Assembly: GCA_964490075.1 (NCBI GenBank)
Contig: CAZBBK010000001.1
Coordinates: 1 to 64,000 of the forward strand
Direction: 5' to 3'
Length of the DNA stretch: 64,000 bases
Origin: an uncultured Gemmatimonadota bacterium
Lineage (GTDB): Bacteria > GCA-2686955
Position 1 is the stretch's first letter, and each line of letters begins with the position of its first letter. The translations under genes were made by a program, and so were the position numbers. Under the pieces are notes generated by a model that worked only from the letters and a program-made list of their open reading frames with translations, ran no database searches and was not told the DNA's origin. Positions 9,812-18,423 of the stretch are shown here, piece after piece.

Positions 9812-11080
9812 TTGCCGACCTCCCTCTCCATCGCCCGCCGGCCCCCTCTGGCTCTGGTGCTCGCCGGGGGTCGGGGCCAGCGTTTGGAGCCCTTGACCCA
9901 GCGCCGGAGCAAGCCCGCGGTTCCCTTCGGCGGTCGCTATCGCATCGTCGACTTCGTGCTCTCCAACCTGGTCAACTCCGGCATCCACGCCACCTTCGTG
10001 CTGACCCAGTACAAGGCCCAGTCGCTGCTCGAGCACCTGCAGCGGGCCTGGGTCGGGCAGCTCGGGCGCGACGTCTTCATCACCCCGGTGCCGGCCCAGA
10101 TGCAGACCGGCACCTCCTGGTACCAGGGCAACGCCGACGCCATCTACCAGAACCTCAATCTGATCCAGGACTACCGCCCGAGCCTGGTCATCGTCTTCGG
10201 CGCGGATCACATTTACAAGATGGACATCCGCCAGATGATCAAGTTCCACGAGAAGCAGCGCTCGCGCTGCACGGTGGCCTGCATTCCGGTGCCGGTCGCC
10301 GAGGCCAAGGCCTTCGGCATCATCGAGGTCGACAACGACTGGCGGGTCACCGGCTTCGAGGAGAAGCCGACCGAGGCGCGCGAGATTCCGGGTCGCCCCG
10401 GCTTTGCCCTGGCCAGCATGGGCAACTACCTCTTCGATCCCGCGCTGCTCACCGACGTGCTCTCGATCGACGCCGACTCCGACTCCTCGGAACACGATTT
10501 CGGCAGCTCGATCTTCCCCAAGCTTTTCCAATCGGAGCGGATCTTCGCCTACGACTTCCACAAGAACCGCATTCCGGGCGAATCGAAGAAGGGTTCGATC
10601 TACTGGCGCGACGTGGGGACCATCGACACCTACTACGAGGCCAACATGGACCTGCGCGCGGTGCGTCCGGCGCTCAACCTCTACAACTGGGACTGGCCGA
10701 TCCAGACCGCCAGCTTCAAGGACCCGCCGGCCAAGTTCGTCTTCGACCATCCGAGCCTGCGCGGGATGGCGGTGCAGTCGATCGTCGGCTCGGGCACCAT
10801 CGTCGCGGGCGGCACCGTCACCAGCTCGGTGGTGGGCCGCAACGTGCGGGTCGAGACCGGAGCCGTGATCGAGGACTCGATCCTGATGGACAACGTCATC
10901 GTCGGCGAGGGAGCCACGGTGCGCGGAGCGATCCTGGACAAGAACGTCACGGTCGCCGAAGGGGCGGTGATCGGCGGCGACGACTACGAGATCTCGGGCG
11001 ACGAGGCGCGCTCGGAGCAGGGGATCGTGGTGGTGCCGAAGGAGCCCGAGTCGCCGGCTAGCTTGGCTCGGGATCACTGA
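9812..11080 (+). CDS. glgC: Glucose-1-phosphate adenylyltransferase
   Basis: LAGGRGQRLEPLT..RSKPAVPFGGRYRIVDF, ADHIYKMD, FEEKP, SMGNY, YWRDVGT, C-terminal beta-helix; AGGAG RBS at 9801 before TTG 9812. Confidence 0.95.
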   Translation: MPTSLSIARRPPLALVLAGGRGQRLEPLTQRRSKPAVPFGGRYRIVDFVLSNLVNSGIHATFVLTQYKAQSLLEHLQRAWVGQLGRDVFITPVPAQMQTGTSWYQGNADAIYQNLNLIQDYRPSLVIVFGADHIYKMDIRQMIKFHEKQRSRCTVACIPVPVAEAKAFGIIEVDNDWRVTGFEEKPTEAREIPGRPGFALASMGNYLFDPALLTDVLSIDADSDSSEHDFGSSIFPKLFQSERIFAYDFHKNRIPGESKKGSIYWRDVGTIDTYYEANMDLRAVRPALNLYNWDWPIQTASFKDPPAKFVFDHPSLRGMAVQSIVGSGTIVAGGTVTSSVVGRNVRVETGAVIEDSILMDNVIVGEGATVRGAILDKNVTVAEGAVIGGDDYEISGDEARSEQGIVVVPKEPESPASLARDH

Positions 11081-11113
11081 AGGGGGATCTGCGAGCGCGC
11101 TTCACGCCCAAGA

Positions 11114-11488
11114 TCAGGGCTCCGCCACTCCCGGCTCCGGACGCGCGGGCGGCCGGGTGACCAGCAGCTCGATCTCTTCCGAGTCGCTCTGCTCCATCGA
11201 GATCAGCACCGTCTAGCGGCCCGGCGCGAGTTGCTCGGGCACCTCGATCAGCACCTCGTCGTGCCACGAGCCTTCGGCCGGGAAGTGGAAGGGGCGCGCG
11301 CGGCGGTAGAGGGTCGTGCCGCCCGCGTCGCGCAGCTCGATGCCGAGCTCTGGAGCGCGGGGTTGGGGGGCGAGATTGGCCACCAGCACCCGGAAGGGGA
11401 GCTCGCTGCCGGCGTAGGCGCGTGCCGAGTGGGGCACGACGTAGAGCAGGTTGAAGTCGGACTGATCGAAGGGCAGAGGCCGAGGTCT
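11114..11488 (-). pseudogene. Orphan, inactivated copy of the 3' end of the beta-helix gene 12995..14674
   Basis: Highly similar direct repeat of 12995-~13368; carries a TAC>TAG nonsense change (11213-11215) and an apparent 1-nt deletion near 11478; has no start codon. Confidence 0.9.
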
Positions 11489-11542
11489 GCATGGCTCCCC
11501 CCTCTTCCGATGCCGTTCGACAAGAGAGCGCCCTGTGACATG

Positions 11543-11582
11543 TTGACATCTACCCTACGAAATCGTACTGTATCCGTCAGTA
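11543..11582 (+). promoter_or_regulatory. Sigma70-type promoter with overlapping inverted repeats (likely AbiEi operator)
   Basis: TTGACA (11543-48), 17 bp, TACTGT (11566-71); inverted repeats TACGA-aa-TCGTA and TACTG-N7-CAGTA; ATG 10 nt after the -10 box with no SD, so near-leaderless. Confidence 0.7.
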
Positions 11583-12181
11583 TGAAAGCGATCTTCGACG
11601 CCCAGCTCCTGAGGCGCCTCGCCAACGCCCAGGCCGGGGTCTTTTCGACCGCCGATCTGCGGACCGCGTTCGCCGAGCCCCACCCCGCGGCATTCGTGCG
11701 GCGGGTGCGGGTCCTGGTCGATCAGGGGATCTTGCGACGCTTCTGCCGGGGGTGGTACGTGGGCGAGCGCTTCGACCTCGCGACACTCGGTCAGAGGCTC
11801 GCGCCCAATTCGTACCTGAGCTTCACCACGATCCTCGCCAAGGAGCGGATCGTCGGCACAAATCCCGATCGGCGGATCGTGGCGGTCAAGGTCGGACGCC
11901 CGCGCAAATATCGTTGCGAGGATTATCTCATCGAACACGTGGGGGTGCACGAGGAGCTGCTCTTCGGCTTCACGACCGTCGATGGGGTGCGCCGCGCGCA
12001 TCCCGAGAAGGCTCTGCTGGATACTCTGTACTTCCATCTCCGAGGCCGGCGCTATCCCTTCGACATCTACTCGGACCTCGATCTGAGGAAGGTCGACCGG
12101 CGCCGCCTGCGGAGCTATCTGCTGCGCTACCGCAACCCCAAATTCGTCGCCTTCGCCGAAAGAGCATTGCAGCCCCGATGA
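11582..12181 (+). CDS. Type IV toxin-antitoxin AbiEi-family antitoxin
   Basis: N-terminal wHTH (GVFSTADL...LVDQGILRRFCRGWY), SYLSF, PEKALLDTLY; ATGA overlap with the downstream nucleotidyltransferase. Confidence 0.85.
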   Translation: MKAIFDAQLLRRLANAQAGVFSTADLRTAFAEPHPAAFVRRVRVLVDQGILRRFCRGWYVGERFDLATLGQRLAPNSYLSFTTILAKERIVGTNPDRRIVAVKVGRPRKYRCEDYLIEHVGVHEELLFGFTTVDGVRRAHPEKALLDTLYFHLRGRRYPFDIYSDLDLRKVDRRRLRSYLLRYRNPKFVAFAERALQPR

Positions 12182-12942
12182 GCACCACACTCGATCGTCC
12201 AGCGACCCGAGATGGCCTCTTCCTCTGGGTCATGCACCGCTTCGCCGAGGTCTTCGAGGCGCAGGCGGTCATCAAGGGTGGCATGGTCTTCAGGCTGCTC
12301 GACAGCCCGCGCCACACGACCGACATCGATTATGTCTTCGTTCCTTTCTCCTCCAAAAAGGAGATCGCCGGCCGGATCGCCGATCTGCTGGACGAGATAG
12401 AGGGCGCCGCGGTGGCGATCGAGCTTCACTCCAGAATGCTGCGCGCCGATCTGCGGGTCGATGATGCGTCGATTCAGATCGAGGCGAATGTGGCGGCCGA
12501 ATGTGATTCGATTGCGATGGCAACCGGTGGATTCGCCCGCACGCTGGGGCGCCCCTCACGGGTCGTCCGAGTCATGAGCCCTTCGCACGCACTCGCGCAC
12601 AAGATCGCGGCCTGGAACGAACGTCGCTTGTTGCGCGATCTTTATGACTGTTACTTCCTCTCTGGCCGTGCAAAAGCCGAGCCCGACCTCGATGTGCTCG
12701 ATTCTCGCCTGGCCAGAATCGAATCGCGACTGCCCGGGCTAAAACGGACGCGCAGCATGTCGCGCGACCAGCTGATCGATGCGTTGCGTCGAGCGACGGC
12801 GAGGCTCTCCGACAGCGACCTGGAAGCTGAGCTCGCCGGCCTCTTGCCGGCCCCAGAGCTGGCTGGATTGGCGATCCGAATCGCGGTCTCGATCGAAGGG
12901 CTGATCACACTGCTGCGTCGGACTCGGGCGGGCGCGGGTTGA
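12178..12942 (+). CDS. Type IV toxin-antitoxin AbiEii-family nucleotidyltransferase toxin
   Basis: IKGG, PRHTTDIDY, HKIAAWNERRLLRDLYD motifs of AbiEii/DUF1814. Confidence 0.85.
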   Translation: MSTTLDRPATRDGLFLWVMHRFAEVFEAQAVIKGGMVFRLLDSPRHTTDIDYVFVPFSSKKEIAGRIADLLDEIEGAAVAIELHSRMLRADLRVDDASIQIEANVAAECDSIAMATGGFARTLGRPSRVVRVMSPSHALAHKIAAWNERRLLRDLYDCYFLSGRAKAEPDLDVLDSRLARIESRLPGLKRTRSMSRDQLIDALRRATARLSDSDLEAELAGLLPAPELAGLAIRIAVSIEGLITLLRRTRAGAG

Positions 12943-12994
12943 CGCGGAGCCGGCGCGCTCTTGGGAGGGTTGGCGAGCCAAAAGACCGCGCCGC

Positions 12995-14674
12995 TCACGG
13001 CTCCGCCACCCCCGGCTCCGGACGCGCGGGTGGCTCGGTGATCACCAGCTCGATCTCTTCCGAGTCGCTCTGCTCCATCGAGATCAGCACCGTGTAGCGG
13101 CCCGGCGCGAGCTGCTCGGGCACCTCGACCAGCACCTCGTCGTGCCACGAGCCCTCGGCCGGGAAATGGAAGGGGCGCGCGCGGCGGTAGAGGGTCGTGC
13201 CGCCCGCGTCCCGCAGCTCGATGCCCAGCTCCGGAGCGCGGGGCTGGGGGGCGAGATTGGCGACCAGCACCCGGAAGGGGAGCTCGCTGCCGGCGTAGGC
13301 GCGTGCCGAGTGGGGCACGACGTAGAGCAGGTTGAAGTCGGACTGATCGAAGGGCAGGGGACCGATGTCGCGGCGGGTGCCGTCGACGTCGAGCGAGTCG
13401 ATTCCTTCCGGCGGATCGGGGTCGCCGGCATCGATGCAGGGGGAGTCGGGGCGCAGCCGGTAATCGCCCAGATCGGCGGCGAAGAAGCGTGGATCGGCGG
13501 CCACCTCGAGCTGCACATCGATCGGTGCGCCGCCGTAGTCGCCATCCTGGTTCTGCCAGACCAGGTTGCCGACTACGGTCTGGGTGCGATAGGAAGCCCA
13601 GACCGCCGGCGCGCCCTCCTGCTCGGTGAAGATGTTGGAGCCGACGTAGCTGCCGGGACCGTCGAGCAGGATGGCGGAGCCGCGGGCGGGGTCGGCCTCG
13701 GCGCCTGGAGCGGTCTCGGCGCTGTTGCCGAGGAATAGGTTGTGGGTGATGGTGGCGTTGTAGGTGAAGCCGACGACAAATGCACCTCCTCGAGCCGAGT
13801 AGTCGTCAACGGTATTTGTGCGAGCATGGTTGCGCACAAAAACATTGTCGGATACAAGCGCGGGCTTTTCCGGCAGTCCGCCACACGCAGCGCCTTCGAA
13901 TGCCTCGTTCCCTTCGAAGTAGTTCCCGATGATTCGATAGTAGCCGGTTGCCCCGTTGGTCGCGCCAAGCCCACCACCGATGGTGAATTCGTGTTGCTCC
14001 TGGTGGCCGTTGTTCAGGAAGACGTTGGTCTGGATGATCGCCTCACCATTGGTGTAGACGGCAAGGCCCGCGGCGACCCACCCATCCTGATCCGACATGC
14101 TATTGTCCGCAATCCAGTTGTTTCGGATTTCCAAGTGCTGCTTTCCTAGGAGAAACGCGCCTCCGCCGTAGCCCCAACCCACATTGCCCCAAAGGCTGAC
14201 GTTCGCCACGCGGAGAGTATCGGCGTGGCCGTACAGTGCTCCATAGGTCGCTCCCAATGACATGTCACCAACGTCGTGAATCCAGCAGTTCCTGATCTCG
14301 AAGGTCCCACCATCGTCGAAGGCGCGCACGTACACCGCTCCCCACAGAGGCGTTTCTTCCGTCCCCTCACCGGAGAAGTCTATCCCCTCGATCCGCACTC
14401 GCTGCCCCGGCTGGTCAAGAAGGAAGAGTCGGAGCATGCGCTCGGACCCACGCCACTCTGTCGCAGCAGGCCCACCGTCGCCAATGATATTGACGCTGCG
14501 AGTACCGACCACATGCTCGACATAGGTACCCGGCAGCACCAACACAGTCGCGCCGCACCCCGCCTCACCCCCGGCATCCTGTATCTTCTCGACCTCCCCG
14601 CGGGGCCCTACCCCCCGGGGGGGGGCGGGCGCGGGCGCCCCCACCCCGAGGATCCAGGGCATCAGCCGCCTCAT
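12995..14674 (-). CDS. Secreted right-handed parallel beta-helix protein with C-terminal Ig-like domain
   Basis: VLVLPGTYVE, repeated N...GGA/GGG rungs, DYRLRPDSPCIDAGDP...DIG motif; extreme 5' end looks degraded. Confidence 0.85.
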   Translation of the reverse strand: MRRLMPWILGVGAPAPAPPRGVGPRGEVEKIQDAGGEAGCGATVLVLPGTYVEHVVGTRSVNIIGDGGPAATEWRGSERMLRLFLLDQPGQRVRIEGIDFSGEGTEETPLWGAVYVRAFDDGGTFEIRNCWIHDVGDMSLGATYGALYGHADTLRVANVSLWGNVGWGYGGGAFLLGKQHLEIRNNWIADNSMSDQDGWVAAGLAVYTNGEAIIQTNVFLNNGHQEQHEFTIGGGLGATNGATGYYRIIGNYFEGNEAFEGAACGGLPEKPALVSDNVFVRNHARTNTVDDYSARGGAFVVGFTYNATITHNLFLGNSAETAPGAEADPARGSAILLDGPGSYVGSNIFTEQEGAPAVWASYRTQTVVGNLVWQNQDGDYGGAPIDVQLEVAADPRFFAADLGDYRLRPDSPCIDAGDPDPPEGIDSLDVDGTRRDIGPLPFDQSDFNLLYVVPHSARAYAGSELPFRVLVANLAPQPRAPELGIELRDAGGTTLYRRARPFHFPAEGSWHDEVLVEVPEQLAPGRYTVLISMEQSDSEEIELVITEPPARPEPGVAEP

Positions 14675-14710
14675 TGGGCGGGACCGGAGTTTAGGGTCGG
14701 CGAAGAAATA

Positions 14711-15809
14711 CTAAGGCGGTCATAAGACACCCGACATTAGGCAATCGTGTACGCCACATCCGGATGGCGGAAGAAGGCTGCAATCTTGCGGGGTGTTCTT
14801 TGTAGCGACCGCAACGCAGAGAGGACTTTCGACTTTAGATCGTCCGGTCCAGTGACCATCGATCGGCCTACTGTGTGGTGCTTCAAGTGGCTCCAGACCT
14901 GTTCGTCTGGGTTCAGTTCCGGGGAATACGAGGGAAGGTAGAAGATCCGGAGATTCCCATTCGTTGCTTCCACGAATCTCTTGACCATGCCGGAGCGATG
15001 GACTGGGTGTCCATCGAGAATCAGATAGACGGGACCTTTGGCGCCGTGGATGAGCCTCTTCAAGAAGTCGATGAACTTGGGGCCATTCAGTCTTCCCGGC
15101 ACGGTCATGAAACGCATTTCCCCACGAGGCGAGACAACGGAGATCAGATTGAGAGAAAAACGAGCACCAGTCGCGCGGACGATCGGTGTTCTGCCTTTCG
15201 GAGCCCACGTTGTTCCACTGTGATAGTCGGATCGAACGCTCGCCTCGTCTCCGAAGTAGATCGTCGCTCCGTGCTGCTTGGCCAGTTTCCGAATTGCGGG
15301 ATATGTCTCCCGCTTCCATTGTTCTACCGCCTCCGAGTTCTGTTGGTAGGCACGGCGCAGTGGCTTCTGCGGACTCAGCCCGAGTCTTCTGAGCAGTCGC
15401 CCAACTGACACCGCACTGAGCCGTACGCCGAATCGTTCCCTGATGAACTCGCGGACCATGTCGCGTGTCCAGAGCGCGAATTCGAACTTCAATTGGAGCG
15501 GATTCTTGCCTGTGACGACATCGTAGACCTTCTTCAATTGCGGCCCCGTGAGCTTGCGCGGACGACCGGGAATTGCACGTGTTCGCAATGCATCCACTCC
15601 ACCCTCGCGGTATTTCGCTAGCCATTCGTATATGCAGGAGCGATGGAAGCCAAGAGCCTCAATCACAGTTTCAGGGCTCTCGCCCTGCTCAACGCGCCTC
15701 ACAGCTCGAATGCGTATCTGTTCGCGGGTGGCATGATCGAGTCGGCGTCCGTCTAATTTCATCATGGGGAGATACTAACACAATGTCGGGTGTTTTATGC
15801 ACTGATTAG
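14711..15809 (-). mobile_element. IS630-family insertion sequence (1099 bp)
   Basis: Imperfect 28-bp terminal IRs CTAAggcggtCATAAgACACCCGACATT / CTAAtcagtgCATAAaACACCCGACATT; TA duplicated at 14709-10 and 15810-11; visibly lower GC than the host. Confidence 0.92.
14737..15765 (-). CDS. IS630-family transposase
   Basis: HTH N-terminus; DDE motifs [20 protein letters not shown]; single intact 342-aa ORF. Confidence 0.97.
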   Translation of the reverse strand: MMKLDGRRLDHATREQIRIRAVRRVEQGESPETVIEALGFHRSCIYEWLAKYREGGVDALRTRAIPGRPRKLTGPQLKKVYDVVTGKNPLQLKFEFALWTRDMVREFIRERFGVRLSAVSVGRLLRRLGLSPQKPLRRAYQQNSEAVEQWKRETYPAIRKLAKQHGATIYFGDEASVRSDYHSGTTWAPKGRTPIVRATGARFSLNLISVVSPRGEMRFMTVPGRLNGPKFIDFLKRLIHGAKGPVYLILDGHPVHRSGMVKRFVEATNGNLRIFYLPSYSPELNPDEQVWSHLKHHTVGRSMVTGPDDLKSKVLSALRSLQRTPRKIAAFFRHPDVAYTIA

Positions 15810-15827
15810 TATTTCTTCGCCGACCCT

Positions 15828-16110
15828 GTAGGTTCAGATTCCCGACAACCGTTGAGCTGGACCAATAGGGCTCACCGGCGACGGCATCTTGGACCGCGGC
15901 GTTGTACTTGCTCATGGCGCCCAGGAGGTCGTTGTGGGTCCTCATGAAGGGGGGATCATCGTTCGGGCGGACGGGATCGACCAGACCCCAGGTCTGCGAG
16001 AACTTGTCGGTGTCCGGTTCTCCCGGCTCCCCGTTCTCGTGAAATGAGGTATCGGCAAAGCGATACCAGTTTCGGTCCCGCGTCTCTTGTAGCGCGAGAA
16101 TCGGGTCTCG
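15828..16110 (-). pseudogene. Probable truncated gene fragment running into the IS flank
   Basis: Open frame RDPILALQETRDRNWYRFADTSFHENGEPGEPDTDKFSQTWGLVDP...EPYWSSST with protein-like composition but no plausible start; family not recognised. Confidence 0.35.
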
Positions 16111-16358
16111 TCAATGCAGATCTCGCCAAAGTGGGCAGCAGTGCCGAAAATCCGGCCGGCACCGTTCACGGTCAGGCGAAGGGGCCGATTGCCGCATAGG
16201 ACCCGGTCCTCTCTCGCCCAGATTCGGGAGGTGGCAGGGCAACTCTGACTCGATCATGTTGACTGCACGGCGCATGCCTTCCTGGGCGCGGCTGGCGCAA
16301 CGCGTGCTCGGGATCCAATCGCCCGCCCGGCGCCCAAGCGCCACCCCCGCGCAGCCCC

Positions 16359-17018
16359 TCAGTACCCCGCCCCCCGCAACGTCTCCCAGTCGAGCCCCCG
16401 CCGCGACCCGCCCGGCTCCGGATCGCCCTCCTCCCGCGCCGCCAGCAGCCGCTCCACGTAGCGCGCCAGCACGTCGACCTCGACGTTGATCCGCATCCCC
16501 TTGCGCAGCCGCGTCAGGCGGGTATCGGCGGCGGTCTGCGGGATCAGCGCCACCCAGGCGCGCCCTCCTTCGATGCCGACCACCGTCAGGCTGACGCCGG
16601 CCAGGGTGATCGATCCCTGCGCGATCACGTAGCGCGCCAGCTCATCCGGCAGCACGAAATCGAGGCGCGTCGAGTCGCCCCGATCCTCCAGCCCCTCGAC
16701 CACCGCGACCCCGTCCACGTGCCCCTGCACGAAGTGCCCGCCGAAGCGTCCTCCGGCGCGCAGCGCCAGCTCCAGGTGCACCTCGTCGCCCGCCTTGAGC
16801 TCGCCCAGCGTGGTGCGCGCACGGGTCTCGCGCATCGCGAAGACCGTGAATCGCCCACCGCTCGCCGCCGTCGCCGTCTGACAGGCGCCGTCGATCGCCA
16901 CCGAGTCGCCGATCTCGAGCTGCTCCCCCAGCCGCGCGCGGATCGTCAGCTCCACCCCCTCCCCGCGACGGCGCACCGCCTCGACCCGCCCCAGCTCCTC
17001 GATCAACCCGGTGAACAT
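16359..17018 (-). CDS. ribE: Riboflavin synthase (alpha chain)
   Basis: MFTGLIEE N-terminus, GDSVAIDGACQT, GGHFVQGHVD, GSITLAGVSLTV, NVEVD. Confidence 0.97.
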   Translation of the reverse strand: MFTGLIEELGRVEAVRRRGEGVELTIRARLGEQLEIGDSVAIDGACQTATAASGGRFTVFAMRETRARTTLGELKAGDEVHLELALRAGGRFGGHFVQGHVDGVAVVEGLEDRGDSTRLDFVLPDELARYVIAQGSITLAGVSLTVVGIEGGRAWVALIPQTAADTRLTRLRKGMRINVEVDVLARYVERLLAAREEGDPEPGGSRRGLDWETLRGAGY

Positions 17019-17019
17019 C

Positions 17020-18204
17020 TCAATTCTCCTCGGCCCGCGGATGGGCGGCGGGATCGGCGGGATCGGAGTCGAAGTAGGGGTCGAAGTAGCCTTCCAGCAA
17101 GCCGTCGGCGCCCACCTGGCGCACCCGCACTCCAGAGAGGCGCGGCGCGTCGTCGATCCGCCGGTGCCCAAGGTCGTGGACCAGTGCCCGCCCGCCGCCC
17201 AGAACGCGAGGCGCGATGAATGCACAGAGCTTGTCGGCCAACCCCTCTTCCACGAAGGCGGAGTAGACCGCCGCCCCCCCCTCGACCAGGATCGACGCGA
17301 TCCCCTCCTCGGCCGCGCGGCGCAGCAGTGCACCCAGGTCGACCCGACCCCTCGCTCCCGGCGGCAAGGGCCAGACCGCGGCGCCGCGCTCTTCCAGGGC
17401 CCGGCGCTTCTCGCCCCGCGCCGCGTCGATGCAGGCGAACACCGTGCCGCGCGCCAGATCGCCGGCGCAGGCGGCGCTCAGCGGGGTCCGCAGGTGGCTG
17501 TCGAGCACGATCCGCCGCGGCGAAACCCCCGCCACGTGGCGCACGGTCAATGCCGGGTCGTCGGCGAGAACGGTGCCCACCCCGACCAGCACCGCGCCGT
17601 GGTCGCGCCGCATCTTGTGCACCATGCGCCGCGCCTCGACCCCGGTGATCCACTGGCTGTGACCCTCCGCCGAGGCCAGCGCCCCGTCGAGGGTCGACGC
17701 GCTCTTCAGCGTCACGAAAGGCCGGCGCCGCCCCACGGTGCAGACGAAGACCTCGTTGAGCCGCCGCGCGCTCTCCCCCAGGAGCCCGGCCTCCACCTCG
17801 ATCCCGGCGGCGCGCAGCCGCTCCGCCCCCTTGCCCGCCACCAGCGGGTTGGGGTCGTAGTGGCAGAACACCACCCGGGCGATCCCCGCCTCGATCACCG
17901 CGTCGGCGCAGGGCGGGGTGCGGCCGTGGTGCGAGCAGGGCTCCAGGTTGAGGTAGAGGGTCGCCCCCCGCGCCCGGCGCCCGGCGCGCCGCAGCGCCTC
18001 GATCTCGGCGTGGGGCCCCCCGGGTCGCCGGTGATGGCCGCGCGCCACCTGCCGCGATCCCAGCACCACCACCGCCCCGACCATCGGGTTGGGCCAGACG
18101 CTGCCGCGCCCGCGCCGCGCCTCGACCAGCGCCTGCCTCAGGTGTCGGGTGTCGCGCAGCTCACGCTCCCGGTCGCGGGAGCGCCGGCGCTTGCTAGCGC
18201 GCAT
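17020..18204 (-). CDS. ribD: Bifunctional riboflavin deaminase/reductase
   Basis: PNPMVGAV, HAE, LEPCSHHGRTPPC, STLDG, ILVEGG. Confidence 0.97.
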   Translation of the reverse strand: MRASKRRRSRDRERELRDTRHLRQALVEARRGRGSVWPNPMVGAVVVLGSRQVARGHHRRPGGPHAEIEALRRAGRRARGATLYLNLEPCSHHGRTPPCADAVIEAGIARVVFCHYDPNPLVAGKGAERLRAAGIEVEAGLLGESARRLNEVFVCTVGRRRPFVTLKSASTLDGALASAEGHSQWITGVEARRMVHKMRRDHGAVLVGVGTVLADDPALTVRHVAGVSPRRIVLDSHLRTPLSAACAGDLARGTVFACIDAARGEKRRALEERGAAVWPLPPGARGRVDLGALLRRAAEEGIASILVEGGAAVYSAFVEEGLADKLCAFIAPRVLGGGRALVHDLGHRRIDDAPRLSGVRVRQVGADGLLEGYFDPYFDSDPADPAAHPRAEEN

Positions 18205-18218
18205 CGCTCAGAATCGTC

Positions 18219-18398
18219 TCAGGCTTCGTGGTACCAGACGAAGAGCAGCAGCTCTTGATCGCCGCTCTTGCTGTTCACGAAGGTCTCGTGCTCCGAGCTC
18301 TTGACGATGTAGTTGGGGTTGAGATCGACCCAACGCGCGACGTCTTCTTCGAGCGCTTGGTACTCCACCAGCTTCCGCAGAAAGATCTTCAATCTCAC
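18219..18398 (-). CDS. Small hypothetical protein (59 aa), absent from the ORF track
   Basis: GGAGGG RBS, GTG start, MRLKIFLRKLVEYQALEEDVARWVDLNPNYIVKSSEHETFVNSKSGDQELLLFVWYHEA-stop; GC-ending codons; fills the gap between two co-oriented genes. Confidence 0.75.
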   Translation of the reverse strand: MRLKIFLRKLVEYQALEEDVARWVDLNPNYIVKSSEHETFVNSKSGDQELLLFVWYHEA

Positions 18399-18423
18399 CT
18401 GGGGCCCTCCACTTGGGATTCGT

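Larger units (their letters stand above)
14693..15827. repeat. Perfect 16-bp inverted arms flanking the IS630 (empty site would be a 34-bp palindrome)
   Basis: AGGGTCGGCGAAGAAA (14693-14708) and TTTCTTCGCCGACCCT (15812-15827) lie outside the duplicated TA. Confidence 0.9.

Noticed and set aside
14590-14650. G/C homopolymer tract as a phase-variation switch or G-quadruplex in the beta-helix signal peptide
   Set aside because: It reads like a degraded or low-quality version of a normal signal peptide next to a repeat (the IS). An assembly artefact is at least as likely and cannot be separated without reads.
16111-16113. Second selenocysteine TGA (frame stays open on both sides)
   Set aside because: No redox motif or recognisable fold; upstream codons look non-coding.
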